Below, piece by piece: positions 37,714-49,700 of a DNA stretch of 64,000 bases; positions within the stretch are counted from its first letter, which is position 1, and each line of letters starts with the position of its first letter. Under the pieces are notes generated by a model. It was not told where the DNA came from, searched no databases, and was given only the letters and a program-made list of their open reading frames with translations. The position numbers and the translations under genes are program-made. Location: contig NMRA01000200.1 of NCBI GenBank assembly GCA_002633005.1, forward strand, positions 468,527 through 532,526, in the 5' to 3' direction. Origin of the DNA: Phoronis australis (Eukaryota; Animalia; Phoronida).

Positions 37714-40700
37714 CTGAAAAAAAATTAGATCAACTGAATTACAGTAACCAGGAAGAGTGCACAGATAACTACTATTTCCAATTGTGTTAAAGTTCACTGC
37801 CAAACTGGGTGCTAATTAAATGATTAAAAGTAAGTTGACAGCAAAACATTTGGACCCACACAAACTTTTAACAAGAGCAGCACAAAGCTTTAAAATACAC
37901 TCACAACTGCACCACAAATGGCAAGCTTCAAAGGATGATAAAACGTGTGATAAAAATTGCCTCTATATGGTGCAGGATAACCTGTCTGAAAAGTGGAAGG
38001 AACTGTCATCTTCCTAATAGAAAACTATTTGCCACAAATCCGTCAAGGAAGTCAAAAGAAGCAGTCAAATGAATAAAATCACATTCCACTATGAGGCAGA
38101 GTGCCCATTGGATCTGTCCATCTGTTGTAAAGTTAATGGGGAGACAACTGCCAAATTTCACAAAAATCCTGTCTGGGGTTGCACAGAATGCCACTAGGGA
38201 GCACCACTGCAGTTGGACCCATCGAAAAACCAACAACCGTCATGCTCTTGTCAGTGCAAACACATCTTCAAATTTTCATGATGACTCTTTGAATGGTTTG
38301 GCCTATACAAAGCCAGATGATAAAAACTAGATTAAAAAATAATACAAAGGTGCCTAGGTGGTGCCAAATCCATACTGAAATGGAAAGGTGCTGTCTTCTC
38401 CATAAAATGAACTCGCAAATAACAGAAATGGAAATGAGGTGGTGCAACATATGTCGAATCTGTTCAAAAATGGAAAGGCACAGCTGTCTCTTTAATAGAA
38501 ACATATCTGCTGAATTTCATGAGAATCTATTCATGAATTCCAAAGATATAGAAACAAACGCAAGGGAGCACAGTCATATTTGGCTCAGTCCAAAACTTGT
38601 TATCATCCGCTGTCAGCTCCACAAAGCTCCTTCAAACAGTCAAGAAAATTTAACCGCTGCTACAAAAACAAAATCACCACTTAGGGCAGACACAGTTCTC
38701 GGACTCATCTGAAAATCAATGTCAGCAGTTGTCTTCTCATCAGGAACACATCAGCAATCATTCATTATAATCCTTAAAGCGGTTTGGCGTATAGTGAGGT
38801 GGGTGCCTCAAAACAGCCTTAAAAAGGACACAGGATGGCATAAAATACACAGAATCTATCTGAAAATGAATTGGCATCATCGTCTCTTTAATAGAAAACT
38901 AAACATATTAATTTTTTGTAAACCTTAAACCGGTGTGGAAATATAGATCACAAACATTTTTTAAGTCTGGTCTAAACGCCACCTGCTGGCCACATCATGT
39001 GACCTAATAAAAATAAGTTCAAAAAGATTTACACATCCGACTGTGACAGAAGGTCCTGGGTTGCAGTCCCGGTCGGGGGCAGAAATCTTTTTGGACTTAC
39101 GTTTATTAGGTCACGCGATGTGGCCAATAGATGGCGTGCAGACCAGACTTAAAAATGTCTGTGATTAATAGAAAAATATTTGCCAAATGTCAAGAAAATC
39201 CATCACGGAATTCCAAAGATACATAGGCAAACATAAAAAACCCATCACCACAGCGATAGTCAGATGGTCTGAATCTCGTCGTCAGCTTTATAGGAACACA
39301 GCTTCCAAATCTCATTAAAATCCTGCAAAAGGTTTAGGGATACAGCAGTGGACACCTGACACTTAGACAGAGATGACTGCAACATGCAGTCACGTGTGGG
39401 CCCTTAAAAACAACACATATACAAAAACAATAAGACTAGTCACGCAATAATAGAAGTAAAAGTAATAATGATAGTAACTTGGCACAAGGACAGTTAGTGG
39501 CAAGTAAAATGGAAAACTATCAAGTTACAAAAGTTTATCCTAGGTAAAAGTTAAACATGAAGAAAACAGCTGATACTGGCAGACATATACAAGAGCACAT
39601 TTCAACTCAGTTACGACAGTCAGAAGACAAATGTTAGTCACTAGTAACATTATCTGATGACATACCACAGTGCAATGATAATGCTTGGTCTTCAGATTAT
39701 AACGGCAGGCTATTTCATCACACTCTTCATTGTCACCTCTGGACTTGTAACTATATTCCGTTATCGTGTCTTGGAACTTGTGAAGTCTAAAAAGTAACAA
39801 GACAGTTGTTAAGTCATTGGATACAATAGTTGAGACTAGAGGCACTATTATTATTTTGATAATACGTTAAACAAGTTGTTAGCAGTAATAACTTGATTGT
39901 TGAACCAGACAGGTTGTTGTCAATGGTTGCAGTCAAGCCACTTTCACACAAGTATAATTATAGGTATAACACCACCCACTGCCCCATTCAAGTTTCACTA
40001 CATTCTTTAGACGGGTATTAAGATCATTAGGCAAACACTCTTTTGTGTGGTGGTGTACACAAGTCAAGTTGCCTTATTGCAGAGACTTTAACCATCAGCC
40101 ATCAGACTGGGTCCAATTGATTTTACAATAGTCCAGACATTTGTCTGATACAGAGAACTTTTCCTCGTCTTCTGTTGCAGATAACCAACCATTGCTGTTC
40201 AAATGATTGGAAAAAGAAAGTTGCCACAAACAGGCAGCAGTTATCGCTGAGAGCCATCTCTGTTCCTTAATCCCTAAAGAAAAGAAGCCGGTCACAAAAG
40301 TCAAGGCGCTGTGTTGTAAGTGGCTCTTGTAATTCCAACTAGTAAAAAGGAATCATAGTTGTCTGTTGGGAAATGAAATGTAGCGCCTACTAAAAAAAAC
40401 TTTACAACACGAAAAGGAGAATTTATTACAATATTAACAAAGGTTATAGTTACCTAGCATGGTCTCTGACTCCCTCCTTGGATCGGAACATCTGCTGACA
40501 TCCTTCACTCTGACAGTGGTAGTGGTCCTTGTATAACAACTCACAGCGTGAATGACAGTGGTCGTTGGCGGTGTACCTGCAGACACGGGGGAATTCAGTT
40601 ACTTAAATAAGCCTAACCAGATAACTTAAAGGAGAATGCCACCCGATTTAATTAGTCTTTTTTGCCGTCTTAATCGGTCTATATCCATATCACCTCGCAT

Positions 40701-43700
40701 ACAATCGACATTACCTTGCCAAGAGGTGTCGCGGTAACCTGTGAGGAAGGTGAGAAACGATGCTAACAACACCAGTGGTCCATCTGCAGAGTGAATGCCG
40801 CTATGTTGCGGTGCATCGTTCCCGCTTGTCTGAAATATGCAGCTGCGAGGAAAGCGGACATATCGTTTTTTTTTCGACTTCCTCAAGAGACCGAAAGTGG
40901 CTCGTGGTAGTGAATGAAAAGTACGCTGTAAATAGTAAGTATGAGGCCATGAAATATCTCCGTGTCTGTGGCCTGCAGTCGATTGACAGTGCCTGACGAA
41001 TGCCGGCTTACCAAATAACTATCCAATCCATACGTTCCGTTGTCTGAGCTTGTTCGCGGCGCCTCTCTAGTATTTCTTCATCACTGTATTCCTGTTCAAA
41101 TTGATAGCCTGTGAAACTTAACGATCCACCTGTGAAGTCTTCGTAGGGATCGACTGATGAGCTCTCGTCTAAGTCGGGATTGCGAGTTGCCATATTGATG
41201 TTTATTACTGAGCGTTCTGTTTCAAAATGAATTATTCTCACCCTAACCAATACTTATATAAAACTGAAAAAAGTCTGCCTCATTAGATGCAATTTGTAAT
41301 GCCTTTGGAGTGTTTGTGAGTGCAAATGATTTGAGAAGCCAGCAATGAATAAATCACTGCAAAACCGGCTTTAGGTGCAATAAAACTAATTGACGCGACA
41401 CCCACGGAGGCCGTGTGAGCTCATGCTAATTTAGTGTTTGCTGGCAGAAACTGTTGTGAAACAACTCAGTCGATTTCCACCCCACAGCCTGGTGTTAGGG
41501 GAGCCTTTATTTACATTTACATTATCAAAATAATGATTGTCAATGTACAACTTTTGCCCTGAGGGTGCTGTGGCCAAAGCGGAACCTAAATTCGTGACTC
41601 CCTGCAGTTTCGTGGGTAATTCACCAACATAATCAAGTGCGCATTACTTTGGCTCACTAATACAGTATTTTCTTGACTGGAAGTTTAGTTTCCAACTGTG
41701 GCTGGTTTATGTTCGTGATGTCTGATCAATTTCTGAGCCACTGGCCGGGATAACGAGTTAATCCGGCCAGCCGCGACGGGCCTGATCAGGCTCCGAGCCA
41801 CTGGCCAGGATAACAAGCGTTTTGTGTGTTTAGAACTCAAAAAATCACAAGTCTAAACAACACAGATCTGGGTTCTCCTGTCTGTATCTCACGGAAAATA
41901 CTTCGACTTTGTCTCCGAAAAGACCGCAAACTCCTGCTACGGACCTTATTGGCCTGGCGAACTTTAGAGGCTTCAGTGTGTCCAAATACCAATAAATCCG
42001 TAATAACGAAATAAAACAACACGTTTTTATGAGAACTTGGTGTATTTTTAAGGGTTTTACATCGAAGTTTGATGATTTATTGGTGTTAAACGATGAATTC
42101 AAGTGATAAGATGACACCAGTAACCCGTGTTGTGAACTGCTGAACAATCTGTGTGTGAAACCAATTACGTCATTGGATAATTTCAGCACCTCTGTCTGCC
42201 GTCAGGTGTCAGGTAACGCAACCGTACGTGCCGTTATGGGGTAGAGCTACTCGATCTAAACTGATACAAATTAGGTTGTTTTTTGGGTGGCTTGCTCCTT
42301 TAACAATATTGTTTAATCAGTTGCAATGTTTTCACGCTTAAGGCTGGAAAAGAACTGATGGCAACTAGATATGGTTGAAGTGAGGCTGTGTGTGCTTCAA
42401 GCAGCACAAATAGGATAAATCAAGTTTGAGACCTTTCAACAAACTAACAATAGTGCTCATGAGTTCTTCTTCAGACATAACGCTATTGTCAAAAACTTAA
42501 ATGTTAACTCACATTATTTCATGGCTAAATGTCAAGATAAACACAAAACTAAACAAAAGAAGATTCATAACTGTGAGCCTGGGATGTACTAGCACACACT
42601 ATTTTACTTTTATAATCATAAACTTAACTCATAATCCCAATATGTAACAATCATTGAAGAAAAATTAAGACTACCTGACAAGATATTGTTTCCACATTTC
42701 GTCTCGAGGTTTATCCGACCCACAAGCGGACCTGCCATCATCTTCCTGTCTCTGTGGCTGCGGTTGGCCAGAAATATTAAGATTGAGAGAGCTATCCAAT
42801 GGTACATCAGAGGCCATGGGCTGTGGAGTGGTTTGTGTGACAGGCTGTGGAGTGGTTTGTGTGACGGGCTGCAGAGGGCTATTTGCAAGATTCATAACTT
42901 GGTTCTGCAGACTGGCAAGATGATGCCTGCTGTCAACGGATGCACTTGGAATAGGTGAAGTGGACAAGGAATTGGGATTAGAACTAGGAGAGAGTGTTGA
43001 CATGCTTTCCTGTGACGTCATGTGGGCCAGGTCTTCCAGTTTGACGAACTCGGGGTTGTGTGGAATGTACTGGGATGTACTGGGAACACTGTAACCATGG
43101 TAGGCTAGCTCAAAGTCCTTGCGTTCATGCTTTCTTTTATGGGCATACAGCTGTCCAGTGGAATGTAAGACATAATCGCAGCCTACAGAGAAAATAGTAG
43201 ATGGCCTGCTTCAACAAATAGCTGTTGTACTTGAGTGTTACATTATGAAGTCAACACGCAACATTAGTTCCAAGTAGGACTTAATGACTTTGGTGCAAAA
43301 TTATGAAATAATCTAAAAATCCCTGAAGGAAAAAATAAAGACTTGAAAAGATAATACTTATTGTGTAAACAAAATCTCAAAAGAATAGCTATTTTTACTT
43401 AAAAAGTGACATTGGGACTGACTAAATTTAGCAAAATAGTAATTAATTGATATGGTTCTGTTTGACGGAAGCCTTCATTTCAAAATGGCCAATACACAAA
43501 CTGACAGAAAATATACAATTTAAGCCATGACTCATCTATAAGGATTTGACCTTATCATTAATACTAGATTCAGTATTCATTTGGCTAATAGAAAAAAATA
43601 TACAATAGTGGAATTACCTGGTCTTATGCAGTGAATGTGGTTGCTGACTTTCGAGTATTTGCAGTTGTCGAAGCCACATGTCTCATACTTCATAAATTTT

Positions 43701-46700
43701 TTGAATCCATCCTTGCTCAGAATTTCATCTTTTTGGTGATACGACTTGTGTTTTTCTACAAAAGATGTTTTATTATTAGCATACAACTTGATATCAAAGT
43801 TAAGGATAAATGTATTCATATAAAACACAGCACGCATCACAATCATGGCTGACTTTATAAACATAGCACATGCTACAGGTGAGTACAGTGAAAACATGCA
43901 ACATCAAAGCTGGTTAAAAGGTCCCCTTGTTTACATACTCCATTCCAGAAGCAAAGAGCCAACTCTGCTGTATACAACTTGATTCAGATACAATGAACCT
44001 TTGGAAAGTCAATTTTTTCCATTTTTTCATTTTGCAAGTGAACATATTCACAAAGTCAGTAAATGTTTCAAATCATACAGTTTAATATTTTTTCAGAAAT
44101 GAATTGAAGCACCAAGTGTCTGACAAACATTCAGCATGTCTTTTGACAAAATCTCAACATCCAGCTATCTAGGAAGGAATGCAAGACAGGACCACTGTTT
44201 CCAATTATGACACGATTGAAAAAGAAATTGTAAGAGCTGATGCAATTCTAGTCGACTTACCCATATCAGCTTTGTTCTTGAAGGTGAATTTACAGCCAGA
44301 CCTTCTGCAGTGGAAATGAGTGGTGCGCTGTCCGTAGAATTGGCAGGAAGGAGTACCACAGTCCTCGGTGGCCCTGAACCTCTGGAATCCTTCTGAGATG
44401 ATGGCTGACGCCTTGCGGTGATAGTTAGCATGCATCTGGACATCTGATGTACTGATGTAAACTTTGTCACAACCAGTCTAAAGTGGACAGTTTCATCATG
44501 TTAGAACGGTGTCTTATGGTAAATTTTACAATTGCAACAAGGTATAATTATCAGTATTGGCCACCATTGTTCTGTGAATGACTGGCAATAACAACTGTGT
44601 CAATAGACCTATGAAGACAATATGACAGATGCCAAAACTGCGCCATGACAATTAACAATTCACCATGAGCATATTAAAACACATGCACCCTCCAGATAAC
44701 AATTTTGAAACAGTGCAAAATGATACAGTGAAATATGCCCAAGCATAAGAGTGACTTTTAATACAGGGATGTTAATTTGCCACTTGCTTTTGAATCGGTG
44801 CAAGTTAGGTCCAATCATCTTATTCTCTCAAAACACAAGAATAATGCGTTGAAATACTTCATAGACTGCACAGCAAGTGGTATGCTTCTAGGAGTGTTTG
44901 TTAAAACATGGTCAGAACACCCCAACTTGAAAATGGGTTGACCTTGTAGTCTCCCTAATAGAAATCTTTGCCAAATGCCAAGAAGTCACGTCTAGGAACG
45001 TTGAAGATACAGAGGCAAACATGGAAAAAATTGCCACTAGGGGGCACAGTGGTAGTCAGATCCACCAGAAACCTGTCATTATCATTGTCACATTGATAGG
45101 GAAACACTTGCCAAATTTCACAAAGATCCTGCAAACAATTAAAGCTGTGGACACAAAAAAAACAAAATTGTCACTAAGGGTGCACTACAGTAATCAGACT
45201 TGTATGAAAATCCACATCAGCCCTGAGTAGAGTTCAGTAACGCTAGGACCTTGCCAAAATCACGTTCTCATTTAAAATACACATCAACATCTCACGTAAT
45301 TTCATGAAGTCTTGGTTTTTAACAAAGTCCTAGTGTTACTGAACACAGGCCTGGCTTTCTCAGCAGGAATAAAACTGCCAATTTTCGTAACGATCTTTGG
45401 ATTGATTTGGCCTATGCCAAAATGAAGAAAATAAACAGTAGGTCTCACAGAATACAATGAATCCGTCACCATCACTTTAATAGAAACCTGTTTGCAACAT
45501 TTCATAAAAATTCATCAAGGAACTCCGAAAATACACAGGTAAACTAAAAAAACTTAAATTGACACTAAGGGCCAGAGCTGTAGTTGGATCGGTTCGAAAC
45601 TCGTCATCATCTGTCGTCAGCTCCTGCAAGTGCTTCTACAGATACTACCAGCAGACGGTGGACACTGGACAAAGATGGCAGCACTGTGTGGACAAATAAC
45701 AAGGTGTGTAAGCCACTGCCTACACACACCCATTGTTGTTTACAACTTTGGATGACTTTTTGGCTCGAGAAGACATGACAGAACACCTGTCCACACACTA
45801 CGATTAGTCGTATACGATAGCCATATATGATAGTTGTAACATTGGAGTGTATGTACAGAGTTTAAGGTTATGTAGAACCCAAGAAAAATGTCCAAATTTG
45901 GCCACATTCAGAACATCATATCTCAGAAATGTCTCATCAGATTCACATTAAAAGTTTCAGACACAATGCTTCATACACTGTTCTATGAAATGCTATAAGA
46001 ATTGTTTTTAAAATGTTCCACTTTTGTATGAAGGGCTATCAAAATATGACACATATTATTTTTATGAAAAACTTTCATCAAACAAAAAAGAAACGATAAT
46101 AAGAAAAACGTAACAGCCTTTTTTTGGATTTTAACTTAAACATTCATATCATACGAAATTTGGTCATGGTATTGATCCTAGATCCTATTTTCTTCCCAAA
46201 AATGCAAGGTCACAAGATCTAATTTGTGTCAGATTGGTATAAAGCCAAAAATAAAATTACAAGGTTATATACTAAATACTATTGTACTTATACACAATAA
46301 ACATCTCTACACCAACCTGTAAGCAGTGGTAGTGTGTCTGCTTGCCATAATGAGTGCATGGGCCAAACTTGACTGTACAGTCGTCTAAAGGACTGTAACG
46401 CATAAATCCATGTTGTAAGGAATCATCACGCTTCTTATGCCACTTATAGTGACGGATCATTTCTTCCTTTTTCACAAAAACCTAAAACCATAAGCACTTC
46501 AATCAAATAAATGCAGATATACTCACACAACACATTCAGTAAGTGTAACATATTAATTTGTATAAAGTCTACACTCATATCATAGGATAACATCAAAACA
46601 TCTCTAAATCACTTAATTTAGATTATCAAAAATACAATAAATACATTACACATGTGAAAATAGACATTGACAGTTACCATAACGCAACTAAAATGGCTAC

Positions 46701-49700
46701 GACACAGAATTGCTTTGGAAACGTCTAAAACAAGAATGATGTGTTGTGTAGAACAGGACCAGGCAGATGGTGTCACAACCAGGAAGCTACCTGGCTCACA
46801 ATCCATTCACATATGAACAAAAATTTTGAAGACAATCAGCAGCAATTTTAACAAGACTGTGAATTAAAATAAGCCTAGTCCATACACTTTTGCTAAGCAT
46901 CAGCACGTGACCAGCTAGGGAGAGTGAGGATGAGTCTTATCTGCTTACCCGGTAGCTACAGTCGAGGCAGTGGTAGTGGTCTTTGTAGTTCATATCTTGA
47001 CAGTGAGTGCCTCCACAATCGTGGTGGCTGGAGAATCTGGAAACATAGAAGAATCATTCAGCAGCTTTTATCTGAGCACTTGGAAGAGAATCACTCACCC
47101 AGTGAAATTAAACAGTGCAGACGTCACCACTTGTAAAACACGTGATATCAAACACTGCAGAATCATTCAGTGCAGACGTCACAAGAACACTTGTATAACA
47201 CTTGAGATCAACCACAACACAAGCATTCACAGCAATCATCAATAGAGCGCCTGCAAACATGCTATATCACAACATTTAATGCATTTATCAATATACAGCA
47301 CTAGCACAATTTTGATATCAGAGCACTAACATTCAATTTAGTCATAACTAAAACACCATGTAAAACACATATCAAACACAGAGGAATAATTCATTGGAGT
47401 CATAACTGAAACACTTGTATAACACCTGATGTGAAATACAGTAGATTATGTCGTCATCTTTAGAGCACTTGTAAAACAGCCGATATCAAACGTACCAAAA
47501 ACACATCCTGCAGTAATCACTGGAACACTGTCTTGTAAAACACCAGACACACATACTACAAACATACGCAACACTCAACGCTAAAATACTTGAAACATAT
47601 CTAATACTAAATATACAGTCACTCCATCCCTTACTAGAACTCTTGTAAAACAACTGATACTAAACACATCAGAAGCATTCTTTGAAGTAATCGCCAGAAC
47701 ATTTGCAAAAGATGCAATATCGTTAGACTAGCTGTGTGTCACAAATGATATCAAACACAGCAGAATGAATGACAGTAGCCATAACCAGAACATTCAGTTG
47801 GACATCATCAAATACACATTTGATTACCTGGCCACATGTAAAGTGCTAATACCTGGCCACATGTAAAGTACTACTACCTGGCCACATGTAAAGTACCACT
47901 ACCTGGCCATATGTAAAGCACAACTACCTGGCCACATGTAAAGTACTATTACCTGGCCACATGTGAAGTGCTACTAACCGTTTCATGTATTTGGTATAAC
48001 CAGGAGAGTCTCCTGGTGAGGCATGACGTCCTAATGGGGTCTTTTTTGACTCAGGAGTGACCAAATGCTTGTTCTTTGTTGATCCTTGAAATAATAGAAA
48101 CAAAGAACAACTTTACTGTCTTGCAGACATTATTATGCTAACATATAAGAGACAATAAAAATACTAAGGTTGACAACAGAGCAAGAGTAAATAAATACGT
48201 CAGGAAGAATTGGAAATCCGTGAAACTAACGAAAGTAAAAAATCATAAAAGAAGTACCATACATGTGATTAACATGCCACAGCCCATCAAGAAGGCGATA
48301 AAAAGGAAAATAGACTTGACGACCATGTCAAGATTCCGGGTTGCCACAAAGCACATGCCACACTGGCATACTCTATACCTCAATAACCACAAAAATATCA
48401 AATTGTGCAAATATCATTTCATGTTAACACAAAAATGTTTTTCTGCGTGAATTACATGTCCAGCAAGGGTGTTATGACTAAGAAAGCTTGAAGGTTTTGA
48501 GATACTTTGAATTTGAACAAAATACCAAAAGTGTCATTGCTGACAGCAAGTCAAAACAATTAGCAGTATGCACGAATTGTAAGACCTTGCTAAGAATGCA
48601 AAAGAACTTATAACCTCATTCCAAGGTTCTGCTAAAAATTCTCACAAATGTTTTTCTAGTAGTTTCAAATGATTCACATTTCATCATTTCTAAAATGCAA
48701 GTGCCATTGAACAAGACACTGACTTCTGACAATTCTAGCTTTCTCAAAGTCCACTCGTAAGTTCAGAATGAGAAATGCTTAGTAGCTGCCAAGAAACATA
48801 AATGAATCCGTTCAAGTACAAAATGCTGTTCATAGTTAAAACATGCCTTTGGCACTTGCGACTACACGCAAAACAAATGCTAAGTTCGCATGAATGGCAA
48901 AAAAACACCCGCAGTTTTCAGTGGTGAAAATGCTAGTGTTTTAGCCAAATAGATGTGATGTCTGCGCAGGGGAAGTTTTCTTCAGCAGTGTTTTGTTTCC
49001 TCACACACCCAATTGCTTATAAAGCAGAACTTGATGTTAAGATACATTTCCTAACTATAATAAAGGCAAAAGCCTCTTTCCCCTGCGTGTGTCGTCTGAA
49101 GTCACAGAAAGGGTATAGAAAACACCAGCAACAAACCTGCAGCAAAAGTGACTTGCAACCATTCACACTAGCGTTTCTACTACTAGCCAAAGAGCTTGAC
49201 TAAACATTAGTATTTTAACAGTTCATGAACAAGGTAAAGGACAAAAATATGCGCAGCGAACTGTTCAAGCATAGTGTATATAATAGCGGATTTGCAGCGC
49301 AAACGAACTACGCATTGCGCATGTGCGAGTTACTTCCTGCGCGAAGGCTCATGGGATAGCTTGTGGTCAGGCCGTGTCTTGAGCAGGCTGGATAGTGTGT
49401 GCATTTGGAGTGATTTGCAAACTAAAAACCATGATTCATTTTTTTGCTTTATAATACCAAGCAAGTCCTCTCTCTCGTTTGTAAACACAGCGTAGCTATG
49501 ATCAGTGACCGTGTGACCGAGGGCACGACTGTCGTCATGTTCAGTATTGGGGCTATCGGCGTTGTTTTCGAAATCTCCTCCGGTTTTAGACAAGTTGAGA
49601 GTTCTTGGGTTGCTTAACTTTTGTAGCTTTCGCCGTGGATATGCTAGAGACGTTAATTTTAAGAGGAAACTCCGTCAGAATGTTGTTCTCATACGTCTTT

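Noticed and set aside
37714-37803. N-terminal part of the 672-aa ORF as a standalone gene start
   Set aside because: Intronic; the tttcag acceptor at 37714 joins CASZ1 exon 10 in phase and completes finger 6
39035-39085. tRNA gene
   Set aside because: Only a degenerate 3'-half-like segment; no D-arm or complete cloverleaf
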